Shown here one piece after another: positions 26,785 to 37,063 of a stretch of DNA of 64,000 nt. A program made the translations under genes and the position numbers. Location of the stretch: positions 42,966,001 through 43,030,000 of the forward strand of contig OX597831.1 of the NCBI GenBank assembly GCA_951406725.2, given 5' to 3'. The DNA is from Octopus vulgaris. Taxonomy: Eukaryota. The number at the start of each line of letters is the position of its first letter. Positions within the stretch are counted from its first letter, which is position 1. The notes below the pieces were generated by a model that saw only the letters and a program-made list of their open reading frames with translations, was not told the origin of the DNA and did no database searches.

Positions 26785-27145
26785 GTCCATCCCCTCCTCA
26801 CCTTGGTGGGGACGCTGGCAATGGGTAGTGTCAGAGCTATACCGTAGGGAACTTCGGTTCCTGGTAGGGCCACCCAAGGCGGATTGGTCTGACACCGAGT
26901 GGTATTAGGGCCACAACCCGGCAGACAGGGCTCTCATGAAAATTCTCGGAGTGTCTGTTTCGGCAACCGGCGGCTCCTTGGTCGTTCTGTCCCTGTGTTT
27001 GCGGACAATCTGCGGCAAACAGGATGTCTCTACATGTGGGATTGTTGGGGACCGCTTGTGAAATCCACATATTCCCACGAAACTTCTTCCAAAGAAGAAA
27101 CTGACTCAACCCGCCCAGGGTGAATGTCGCCACAGATACAGGTAC
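26785..27145 (+). mobile_element. GC-rich RTE-type 5'-leader-like insertion inside a SINE head
   Basis: Shares CAATG..GAGCTATACC..CCTGGTAGGGCC.CCCA..GG..GGTC with the bipartite elements. It interrupts a SINE between its B-box region and CTTGAGCAAGTG. Confidence 0.5.
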
Positions 27146-27786
27146 ATGGTAACTTGAGCAAGTGACTTCTAAAGCCCTGAACTGACCAAAGCCTTGTGAG
27201 TGGATTTGGTAGATGAACATGGGAACTGAAAGAAACTCCTTGTATGTGTTTATGTGTGGCTGAGTGTATATCATTGTTTTGCTGGTGTGTATGTGTCTCC
27301 TTGCTTTTACATTGCACAATAGGGTAAATGAGCATCCCCGTCATACAAGCAGTGTCATTTATTTCCAATCTTCCGTAGAAACATGTCTAACCATTGGGGA
27401 AAATATCACCTCTCCTTGGAAACAGATGAAGGTTGTCAACAGGAAGGGCATCAAGCTGTAGAAAACCTGTCACAATGAATTCCCTCTAACCCATGCAAGC
27501 ATCAGAAAGGTGACTGTTAAAACAATGTTGATGATAATTGTTTCAAAATTTGGCACAAGGCCAGCAATTTTAGGGAAGGGGTTAATTGCTTATATCAATT
27601 TCAGTGCTCAACTAGTATTTTTTTTTTATTGGCCCTGAAAGGACAAAAAGTAATGTTGACCTCAGCAGAGTTTGAAATCAGAATGTAAAGAATCAAAGAA
27701 TCGGATCAAATGACATGAAAGCATTTTTGTCCTGAGTGCAAACAATTCTGCCAGCTCACCACATCATATTGATGATGATGATGATG

Positions 27787-27845
<59 letters not shown>

Positions 27846-28377
27846 CAGAGAGAGGGGGGAGAAGAGGGAAAAGGAGAGAAAAAAGGAGAGGATGAAACAG
27901 GAAGATTGAAGGATACTGAGTAAGAAGGGAGTGCTGAACTATTAACTATCCAATCCTTGACAGCTATGGAGGAATGAACAGCCAGCCATAAATTGACAGT
28001 GACGCAAGCAAACACAGTTACACACACAAACACACACATCATATACAAAACAGAAAGCTACCCTACAAGATGACAAATCTTTGAATGCAAAACATAAATG
28101 GATTTGACACGTGAGTGTGTGTGTGTGTGTGCGTGTATAAAACAGTTGAACCTGAGGAAAATGATGTTGTATGTTGGCAAGTAGTAATATAAATAGTTTA
28201 AATTTACAGTATTATGTTTGAAGAGTATCTTTCTAATTTCTGATACAAACACACAAACGCACAATCTCTCAGACCTCAAATCATTTTATAAGTTCTGCCG
28301 ATTAAATATAATAATAATAACAATAATAATAATAATAATAATAATAAATATATATATATCATTCTCATCTTTATATA

Positions 28378-30150
28378 TCTCTTATTATAAAAGGCAGATT
28401 TTATCTGCCTCCCTTTGGGAGTTATACAAATCTACAATATAGGATTTCTTCAATTACAATTTACCTAGCAGTTTTGAGAGTACAATGCATCGCGTCATGC
28501 CAGGTCCAGTTTTTAAAATTTAAACTCCAATTAAGCAAAATTTACAGAAAACTCACATTCTGGTGTGTGTGTCAAATGCTTTTCTTAGTCTGGTTTACAC
28601 CACACGCAAACGCACACACACAGTGGGCAATGAATAAAATGAAAGTAAATAGCGACAGAGAGATTTGAGGAAGACTAAAGTGAAATTATTCTGTCCATGA
28701 CGCTGATAGATACATGAGTAAAATGTATGGGAAGCTAAGAGCTAAGAGTGAGTGAAAATGTTCTTGGAAGAGAGTAATTAGTAATAAAGTAAAAATACAC
28801 TCATACATACATACATACATACATACACATACATACATACACACATACACACACACACACATACATACATACACACATACATACATACATATACATACAT
28901 ACATACATATACATACATACATACACACACACACATACACACACACACAGTATTGAAGCTTGAGAACAATCAGATACATTTGCAACACATCTGTTGAAAA
29001 TATTATTGTTCACACACATACATATACATATATACATACAGACAGACAGACAGATAGACACACACACACACACACACATGATCCAGCATGGCCACAACCT
29101 CAAGGCTGAAACATATAAAAGAATAACAGAATATAAATGTGTGCAAAGTACAAGAAATATTAATGCAGTATATGGGGATTGGACAATAAGCGTAAGGCAG
29201 TGTCAATGGTGGTTCCAGAAATCCCGAGCCATAAACTACAGCCTAGAAGACGAGCCTCATCCTGAAAGATCTGTAGAACTCGACAAGGACATCCTGAAAA
29301 CCCTGGTGGAACAAAATATCATCGTAACTGTTGAGGAACTAGCAGAGAAGCTTGGATTTGGTCATTCAACCATTCATTGACACCTGTGTGCTATCGGAAA
29401 AGTCAGCAAATTGGGTCAATGGGTTCCTCACGAACTTTCCGAGTCTAATTGCATGCAGAGAGTGAATGTATGCTTTTCTTTGCTGTCATATCTCACCACT
29501 ACTGCGCTATGTATATCTATATATATAAAACTGTAGTTGTGTGAGTGTCTGTCCCCTTCGATTTAGATTCCTAACTACTCCCACATTTTGCGGTACAGTT
29601 TAACCAAATTCGGGTAGCTTATAGTCGTGATTCATATCGAGCCCGTCTGAATATTAGCGCGCGTCTACGATGAGTCTACGATTTTAAAAATAATTTAACA
29701 TCATTTTTTATTCCATTTTAATGCATAATTTTTCGTGTGTCGATGGCGGCGGAGTTGGCGTCCACGCTCACACCTGCACCTGTGGGGAAGGGAGTGTAAG
29801 GAAATCAACGTCGTAATGCGTTGTCAAGGAGACCAGTGTTCTTTTAGAACAACGACTTCATGGCTTGAAGACACCAAAACAGAAATGGCTAAGAAAGCGT
29901 CTACATGAGTCTACGATTTAAAAAAAAATTTACCATCGTTTTTTTCCATTTTAATGCATTTTTTCGCTATTATATAAGGAAGTAACTCTCTAAAAATGTC
30001 TACGATGAGTCAACGATTTAAAAAAAAATTTACCATCATATTTTTTCCATTTTTAATGCATTTTTTGCTATTTTTTGGCTATAACTCTCTAAAAATGCTT
30101 ATATAGTTATTTCCCTTACAAACCCGAGCAACGCCGGGCGATACTGCTAG
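28378..30150 (+). mobile_element. Composite non-autonomous Helitron, copy 1 (1773 bp)
   Basis: Starts TC (TCTCTTATTATAAAAGG) after an A. Ends with the hairpin CCCGAGCAACGCCGGG and CTAG. Contains a mariner fragment and a second 5'-like end at 29516. Confidence 0.8.
29135..29497 (+). pseudogene. mariner transposase N-terminal (HTH) fragment inside Helitron copy 1
   Basis: Translation includes STRNINAVYG..QCQWWFQK..SLEDEP..TVEELAEKLGFGHSTIH*..KLGQWVPHEL. WVPHEL is the mariner linker motif. Confidence 0.85.
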
Positions 30151-31925
30151 TCTCTTATTATAAAAGGCAGATTTTATCTGCCTCCCTTTTGGAGTTATAC
30201 AAATCTACAATATAGGATTTCTTCAATTACAATTTACCTAGCATTTTTGAGAGTACAATGCATCGCGTCATGCCAGGTCCAGTTTTTAAAATTTAAACTC
30301 CAATTAAGCAAAATTTACAGAAAACTAACATTCTGGTGTGTGTGTCAAATGCTTTTCTTAGTCTGGTTTACACCACACGCAAACGCACACACACAGTGGG
30401 CAACGAATAAAATGAAAGTAAATAGACAGTGATTTGAGGAAGACTAAAGTGAAAGTATTCTGTCTATGACGATGATAGATACATGAGTAAAATGTATGGG
30501 AAGCTAAGAGCTAAGAGTGAGTGAAAATGTTCTTGGAAGAGAGTAATTAGTAATAAAGTAAACATACACTCATACATACATACATACATACATACATACA
30601 TACATACATACACACACACATACACACACACATACATACATACACACATACATACATACACACATATACATACATACATACATATACATACATACATACA
30701 CACACACACATACACACACACAGTATTGAAGCTTGAGAACAATCAGATACATTTGCAACACATCTGTTGAAAATATTATTGTTCACACACATACATATAC
30801 ATATATACATACAGACAGACAGACAGATAGACACACACACACACACACACATGATCCAGCATGGCCACAACCTCAAGGCTGAAACATATAAAAGAATAAC
30901 AGAATATAAATGTGTGCAAAGTACAAGAAATATTAATGCAGTATATGGGGATTGGACAATAAGCGTAAGGCAGTGTCAATGGTGGTTCCAGAAATCCCGA
31001 GCCATAAACTACAGCCTAGAAGACGAGCCTCATCCTGAAAGATCTGTAGAACTCGACAAGGACATCCTGAAAACCCTGGTGGAACAAAATATCATCGTAA
31101 CTGTTGAGGAACTAGCAGAGAAGCTTGGATTTGGTCATTCAACCATTCATTGACACCTGTGTGCTATCGGAAAAGTCAGCAAATTGGGTCAATGGGTTCC
31201 TCACGAACTTTCCGAGTCTAATTGCATGCAGAGAGTGAATGTATGCTTTTCTTTGCTGTCATATCTCACCACTACTGCGCTATGTATATCTATATATATA
31301 AAACTGTAGTTGTGTGAGTGTCTGTCCCCTTCGATTTAGATTCCTAACTACTCCCACATTTTGCGGTACAGTTTAACCAAATTCGGGTAGCTTATAGTCG
31401 TGATTCATATCGAGCCCGTCTGAATATTAGCGCGCGTCTACGATGAGTCTACGATTTTAAAAATAATTTAACATCATTTTTTATTCCATTTTAATGCATA
31501 ATTTTTCGTGTGTCGATGGCGGCGGAGTTGGCGTCCACGCTCACACCTGCACCTGTGGGGAAGGGAGTGTAAGGAAATCAACGTCGTAATGCGTTGTCAA
31601 GGAGACCAGTGTTCTTTTAGAACAACGACTTCATGGCTTGAAGACACCAAAACAGAAATGGCTAAGAAAGCGTCTACATGAGTCTACGATTTAAAAAAAA
31701 ATTTACCATCGTTTTTTTTCCATTTTAATGCATTTTTTCGCTATTATATAAGGGAAGTAACTCTCTAAAAATGTCTACGATGAGTCAACGATTTAAAAAA
31801 AAATTTACCATCATATTTTTTCCATTTTTAATGCATTTTTTGCTATTTTTTGGCTATAACTCTCTAAAAATGCTTATATAGTTATTTCCCTTACAAACCC
31901 GAGCAACGCCGGGCGATACTGCTAG
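30151..31925 (+). mobile_element. Composite non-autonomous Helitron, copy 2 (tandem)
   Basis: Near-identical to 28378-30150. Junction is CTAG|TC at 30150/30151. Ends CTAG followed by T (31926). Confidence 0.8.
30908..31270 (+). pseudogene. mariner transposase N-terminal fragment inside Helitron copy 2
   Basis: Duplicate of 29135-29497. Confidence 0.85.
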
Positions 31926-32533
31926 TATATATATATAGGTAGTCAGCCGTCTATAGGTAGCCTAGCAGTCTTGCCCTGCCAATATACACATATATTAGAA
32001 TTTTCTCTGATTTCTCAGATTTTTTGTATGCTGGACTACTGGTTTTAAATTGATATTAAAATTAATATTAATTTATCTCCCTCATTATTTAAATATATAT
32101 ATATATATATATATATATAACAGGAAGCTTTACGAAAATAAACAAAAGACGAAGGCAGGTGGAGTACAAACAAACAATTGTATTAGTATGGCGCTCAGGA
32201 ATAGAAATAAAACAAGTCTTTTACGTTTCGAAGAGAGAGAGAGAGAGAGAGTGAAGGTGCATGGCTTAGTGGTTAGGGTGTTGCACTCACAATTGCGAGA
32301 CTGGGCATTGTGTTGTGTTCTTGAGCAAAGCACTTTATTTCATGTTGCTCTGCAATCATTTCATCATCTGACATGTGGCACCCATTGCATCTGTACAGGT
32401 TATGTTGACTTGATGGAGGGAGTGAGCTTATGTCTACACAAACATTTGATTGCTATAAACAAACCATCTGTGAAGTTGTTCAGCAAGAAATTGTCAAACC
32501 CTCATATGTTGTTTAATGATAGGAGAGTCCATG

Positions 32534-32574
<41 letters not shown>

Positions 32575-33043
32575 TCATCATCACCATCGTTTAATGTCTG
32601 CTTTCCATGCTAGCATGGGTTGGACGATTTGACTGAGGACCGGTGAACCAGATGGCTGTACCAGGCTCCAATCTGATCTGGCAGAGTTTCTACAGCTGGA
32701 TGCCCTTCCTAATGCCAACCACTCCAAGAGTGTAGTGGGTGCTTTTTATGTGCCAGTCAGGTGGTACTGGCAATGGCCACGCTCAAATGGTGCTTTTTAT
32801 GTGCCACCTGCACAGGAGCCAGTAAGGCAATGCAGGTAACGATCACGCTCGAATGGTGCTTTTTACATGCTACTGGCATGGAGGCCAGTTTGCTGCTCTG
32901 GCAACAATCACACCACACACACACACATGTACTCATGCATTAAGTTCTGTTTATCCAATTTGTTCCACCAAATATATGCATGTATGTGTAAGTATATATG
33001 GGTATATATGTGTGCGAGTGAGTATACATACATATATATATAT

Positions 33044-33083
<40 letters not shown>

Positions 33084-33159
33084 ATAATAATATTAGGGAG
33101 TAAATCCAAACTTACAGGGAAAAATTAGATTTAGGATTAAATCTAATTTTACAGTATAA

Positions 33160-33296
33160 ATATAAATTAAATTAGAGATAAAACCACTATTAGGCAAATC
33201 AAACATTATATTAATTAATTTTATTTCTATGTTTTGGTTTATGTTTTCACTGTTTGATTTGCCTAATAGTGGTTTTATCTCTAATTTAATTTATAT
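33160..33296. repeat. Perfect ~45-bp inverted repeat adjacent to the RTE tail
   Basis: TATAAATTAAATTAGAGATAAAACCACTATTAGGCAAATCAAACA and its reverse complement at 33251-33295. Confidence 0.9.
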
Positions 33297-33312
33297 ATAT
33301 ATATATATATAT

Positions 33313-36300
33313 ATCATCATCATCATCATCATCATCATCGTTTAACGTCCGCTTTCCGCGCTAGCACGGGTTGGACGGTTTGACCGGGTCTGGGAAGCCA
33401 GGGGCCGCTCCAGGCTCCAGTCTGAATCTGGCAGAGTTTCTACGGCTGGATGCCCTTCCTAACGCCAACCACTCCGTGAGTGGATTGGGTGCTTTTTACG
33501 TGCCACCTGCACAGGGGCCGGAGGGTCCGGCATCGTCACGATGGGTTCGAGCATTTTAACGTGTCAGCGGCACGGGGGCAACGAGGTCCGGGGTACTTTG
33601 GGGATCGGGGTACTTTGGGGATCTAGGGTACTTTGGGGATCCGGGGTACTTAGAATGGGTAGGGGGTATGTGGAATTGCTGCAGAAAGCAGCCCGGGTCT
33701 TTGTAGTCACAGCATATCTCCAGAGATCTCGGTCCTTCGCCATTGCCTCAGTGAGGCCCAATGCTCTGAGGTCATGCTTGACCACCTCATCCCATGTCTT
33801 CCTGGGTCTACCTCTCCCCCTGATACCTTCAACTGTTTGGGAGTGGCACTTCTTCACACATCTCTCTTCATCCATCCGCAGCACATGACCATACCATCGC
33901 AAGCGTCGCTCTTGCACACCACATCTGATGCTTCTTATATCCATCATTTCTCTCAGGATACTTACACTCTGTTTTGCGTGCACACTGACACTACACATCC
34001 AGCGGATCATGCTAGCTTCATTTCTTTCAAGTCTACGCATGTCTTCTGCAGTCACAGCCCATGTTTCATTACCGTGAAGCATGGCAGTTCGCACACATGC
34101 ATCATACAATCTACCTTTTGCTCTGAGGGAGAGGCCTTTTGTTGCCAGTAGGGGTAGGAGCTTTCTGAACTTTGCCCAGGCTATTCGTATTCTAGTGGTG
34201 ATACTCTCTGTGCATCCACCTCCGCTACTAACTTGGTCTCCCAGGTAGCGGAAACTATCAACTACTTCTAGTTTCTCTCCCTGGAGTGTGATGGAATCTG
34301 TTTTCTGAGTGTCTGTTGTGTCTATTGTCCCTGTGCATCTGCCGCACATGAAAGCTATCTTATCTGTTAATTTCCCTTTAATGTTGCTGCACCTCTTATG
34401 TGTCCATAACTTACATTGGGTGCATCTTATGGAGTTTCTACCTGTACCTTTCCTACAGGTTGAGCAGGGCCACCTACCCGAGGGGATGTGTGTTGAGTAC
34501 CTCTTGCTGCTTACTAATACTTTGGTCTTTGCTACATTTATTCTAAGGCCCTTTGATTCCAACCCTTGCTTCCACACCCGAAATTTCTCTTCTAGTTCCG
34601 GTAGTGATTCTGCTATGAGAGCTAGGTCATCGGCATAGAGGAGCTCCCAGGGGCATCCCGTTTTGAATTCCTCTGTTATTGCCTGAAGGACTATGATGAA
34701 TAAAAGGGGACTGAGGGCTGAGCCCTGGTGCACACCTACTTCTACTCGGAATTCTTCACTATATTCGTTGCCAATCCTAACCTTGCTAACAGCCTCTCTG
34801 TATAGAGCCTGTACAGCCCTTATTAGCCATTCTTCAATCTCCAGTTTCCGCATCGACCACCAGATAAGGGAACGGGGAACCCTGTCAAAGGCTTTCTCCA
34901 AGTCTACAAAAGCTATGTAGAGGGGTTTATCTTTAGCTAGGTACTTCTCCTGCAGTTGTCGGACCAGGAATATAGCATCAGTGGTGCTTCTACCTGGTAC
35001 AAAACCGAACTGCATTTCATCTAAACAAATTCTCTCCCTAATGAGATTGGTTATGACCTTCTCTGAGACCTTCATCACCTGGTCCAACAGTTTGATACCT
35101 CTGTAGTTATTTCTATCTAGAGCATCACCCTTACCCTTGTAGCAGTTGACTATGGTACTGCTGCACCAGTCATTGGGTATGGCTCCATTGTGAACTACCT
35201 GGTTTACAATGCGGGTGACTATGGCATGGCCCACATAGCCAGCTGTTTTAAGCATCTCAGCAGTGATTCCTGATAGGCCAGGGGCTTTGCCTGGTTTCAT
35301 ATCCTTAATTGCCTTATCTACAAGGGAGCTGTCTATTCGGGTAGCTGGTCCCTCTACTGGGTCAACATTTGGCAGGCTCTCCTCCTCCCATTCATTCTCC
35401 TCATTCAGCAGTCTTTCATAATGGCTTCTCCAAGCCTCTTTCTTTTCACTAGTAGTAAAAGCAAGTGCCCCATCATCCATGCGGACACATTTCTCTCCTA
35501 TAACATCGCTATTTTCTCTGACACACTGTCTGGCAATCCGAAATACTTCAGCTCTTTGATCCTCGCGACGCTGGACATTGGCAAACTTCTTCTTTTCTGC
35601 TACATCTTTGGCAATGTATACCTGCCGCCCAGCCTCCCTTTTGGCTATCTGGTACAGTTCCCTGCTGCCCCCATCCTTCCAGGCTTTCCAGGCCCGTCTC
35701 TTTTCACAGATGGCTTTATCTACTGCACTATTCCACCACCACGTAATTCTAGGTCTGGAAGGGACTTTGCACCATCCACAAACTTGGTCTGTGGCACTCA
35801 ACAAGCTGTCCCGTAGGAATTCCCAGCTACCTTCTATGTCTGACGTCTGAAGCTCCTCTTCCCTCTCATCAAATTTCTTGATGAGTATGTCCCTAAATTT
35901 CTGACCATGCGAAGGGTTCTTTAGCCTCCAAATCCTTCTTTTCTGGATTGGTTTGTTTCTTGGAGTCCTTCTGGCCTCAAGCTTAAAGTCACTGATGATT
36001 AGTCTATGCTGAGGGATACATTCTTCACCCGGGAGGGTCTTTGTATTCAAGAGCAACCCTGCATCCCGTTGTCTGGTGAGGATGAAGTCTATTTGGCTAG
36101 CAGAGTCTCCTGACTGATAAGTTATAAGGTGGCAGACTGGCTTCTTGAAGTTAGTGTTGCAGATTGAAAGGTTACATGCATCACAGAATTCCAGTAGTCT
36201 AGTTCCCTCATCATTTCTGGTGCCAATACCATAGCCACCATGTACCCCAGTGAAGATACCCGATTCCCGCCCAACATGCCCATTAAAATCTCCACCTACA

Positions 36301-36726
36301 AAGATGAGGTCCTTGTTACTAGTCTTTGAAGTAGCCTGCAGAAGGGTATCATAAAAGTTGTCCTTCTGATCATTTGGTAGTCCCGCTTGTGGGGCATAGG
36401 CTGAGATAATCATAGCTGTGCCACTCTGTAGGACCAACCTGAGCTTAAGCACTCTATCACAAACCCTGACAACCTCTATGACCTTATCTACCCATTCCTC
36501 CGCAAGGAGAATGCCTACACCCCCTACACCTTCCGCGTTACCTTGCCAGTAGAGTTTGTATCTAAGTGCCTTGCCCGTGAGGACCCTAGCTGAAGCATCT
36601 CTCCATCTTACCTCTTGTATGCAGCATACATCAACCTGTCTTCTCTCTAGCATCTCTACAATCTCACTAGACTTGCCTGTCAATGTACCAACATTGATAG
36701 TGCCAACTCTGAAAACTGGGAAGGAG
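33313..36726 (-). mobile_element. Young RTE LINE copy with 3' UTR and (GAT)n tail, inserted in a (TA)n tract
   Basis: Intact ORF. The 3' end reads ...GCGGAAAGCGGACGTTAAAC(GAT)n on the minus strand. (TA)n lies on both flanks. Confidence 0.9.
33564..36725 (-). CDS. RTE-clade LINE ORF: APE endonuclease + reverse transcriptase with an internal PHD finger; 5'-truncated but otherwise uninterrupted
   Basis: ORF track 33564..36875. APE motifs: GTINVGTL, CCIQEVRW, ISAYAPQ, GGDFNGHVG, QIDFIL. RT motifs: NYRGIKLL, QFGF, FVDLEKAFDRV, GVHQGSALSPLLF, YADD (34626-34637), FRYLG. RTE-type C-terminus: RRLRWYGHVLRM, GRGRPRKTW. The part above ~36726 is (TA)n/(CA)n flank read in frame. Confidence 0.95.
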   Translation of the reverse strand, partial: SFPVFRVGTINVGTLTGKSSEIVEMLERRQVDVCCIQEVRWRDASARVLTGKALRYKLYWQGNAEGVGGVGILLAEEWVDKVIEVVRVCDRVLKLRLVLQSGTAMIISAYAPQAGLPNDQKDNFYDTLLQATSKTSNKDLIFVGGDFNGHVGRESGIFTGVHGGYGIGTRNDEGTRLLEFCDACNLSICNTNFKKPVCHLITYQSGDSASQIDFILTRQRDAGLLLNTKTLPGEECIPQHRLIISDFKLEARRTPRNKPIQKRRIWRLKNPSHGQKFRDILIKKFDEREEELQTSDIEGSWEFLRDSLLSATDQVCGWCKVPSRPRITWWWNSAVDKAICEKRRAWKAWKDGGSRELYQIAKREAGRQVYIAKDVAEKKKFANVQRREDQRAEVFRIARQCVRENSDVIGEKCVRMDDGALAFTTSEKKEAWRSHYERLLNEENEWEEESLPNVDPVEGPATRIDSSLVDKAIKDMKPGKAPGLSGITAEMLKTAGYVGHAIVTRIVNQVVHNGAIPNDWCSSTIVNCYKGKGDALDRNNYRGIKLLDQVMKVSEKVITNLIRERICLDEMQFGFVPGRSTTDAIFLVRQLQEKYLAKDKPLYIAFVDLEKAFDRVPRSLIWWSMRKLEIEEWLIRAVQALYREAVSKVRIGNEYSEEFRVEVGVHQGSALSPLLFIIVLQAITEEFKTGCPWELLYADDLALIAESLPELEEKFRVWKQGLESKGLRINVAKTKVLVSSKRYSTHIPSGRWPCSTCRKGTGRNSIRCTQCKLWTHKRCSNIKGKLTDKIAFMCGRCTGTIDTTDTQKTDSITLQGEKLEVVDSFRYLGDQVSSGGGCTESITTRIRIAWAKFRKLLPLLATKGLSLRAKGRLYDACVRTAMLHGNETWAVTAEDMRRLERNEASMIRWMCSVSVHAKQSVSILREMMDIRSIRCGVQERRLRWYGHVLRMDEERCVKKCHSQTVEGIRGRGRPRKTWDEVVKHDLRALGLTEAMAKDRDLWRYAVTTKTRAAFCSNSTYPLPILSTPDPQSTLDPQSTPIPKVPRTSLPPCR

Positions 36727-37063
36727 ATATATATATATATATATATATATAATGTATTACACACAAATACACACACATACACATATATATATATGTACTT
36801 ATGCACATTCATATGTATATGTGGTGTTACAGCTTTTTTTCTGTTTTCTATATTAGATATACACACATTATACAAAGACTCACATTATGGCTTTTACAAT
36901 AAAGGACGACTCAATAGCAGGCTGGAACTTTGAAGTCACTATCAACTTCCTTCTTGTAACCAGTATAATACATAAGTATTCCACAAAAAGTTATTAATTC
37001 TTTGGTTTAATGTTACTTTGTTTCATTATAGTTAACATAAAGATAAACATTAATATATATATA

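Noticed and set aside
36727-36875. N-terminal ~50 aa of the 1103-aa ORF
   Set aside because: It is (TA)n/(CA)n flank read in frame (YIYIY, VYVCV) and is not part of the LINE protein.
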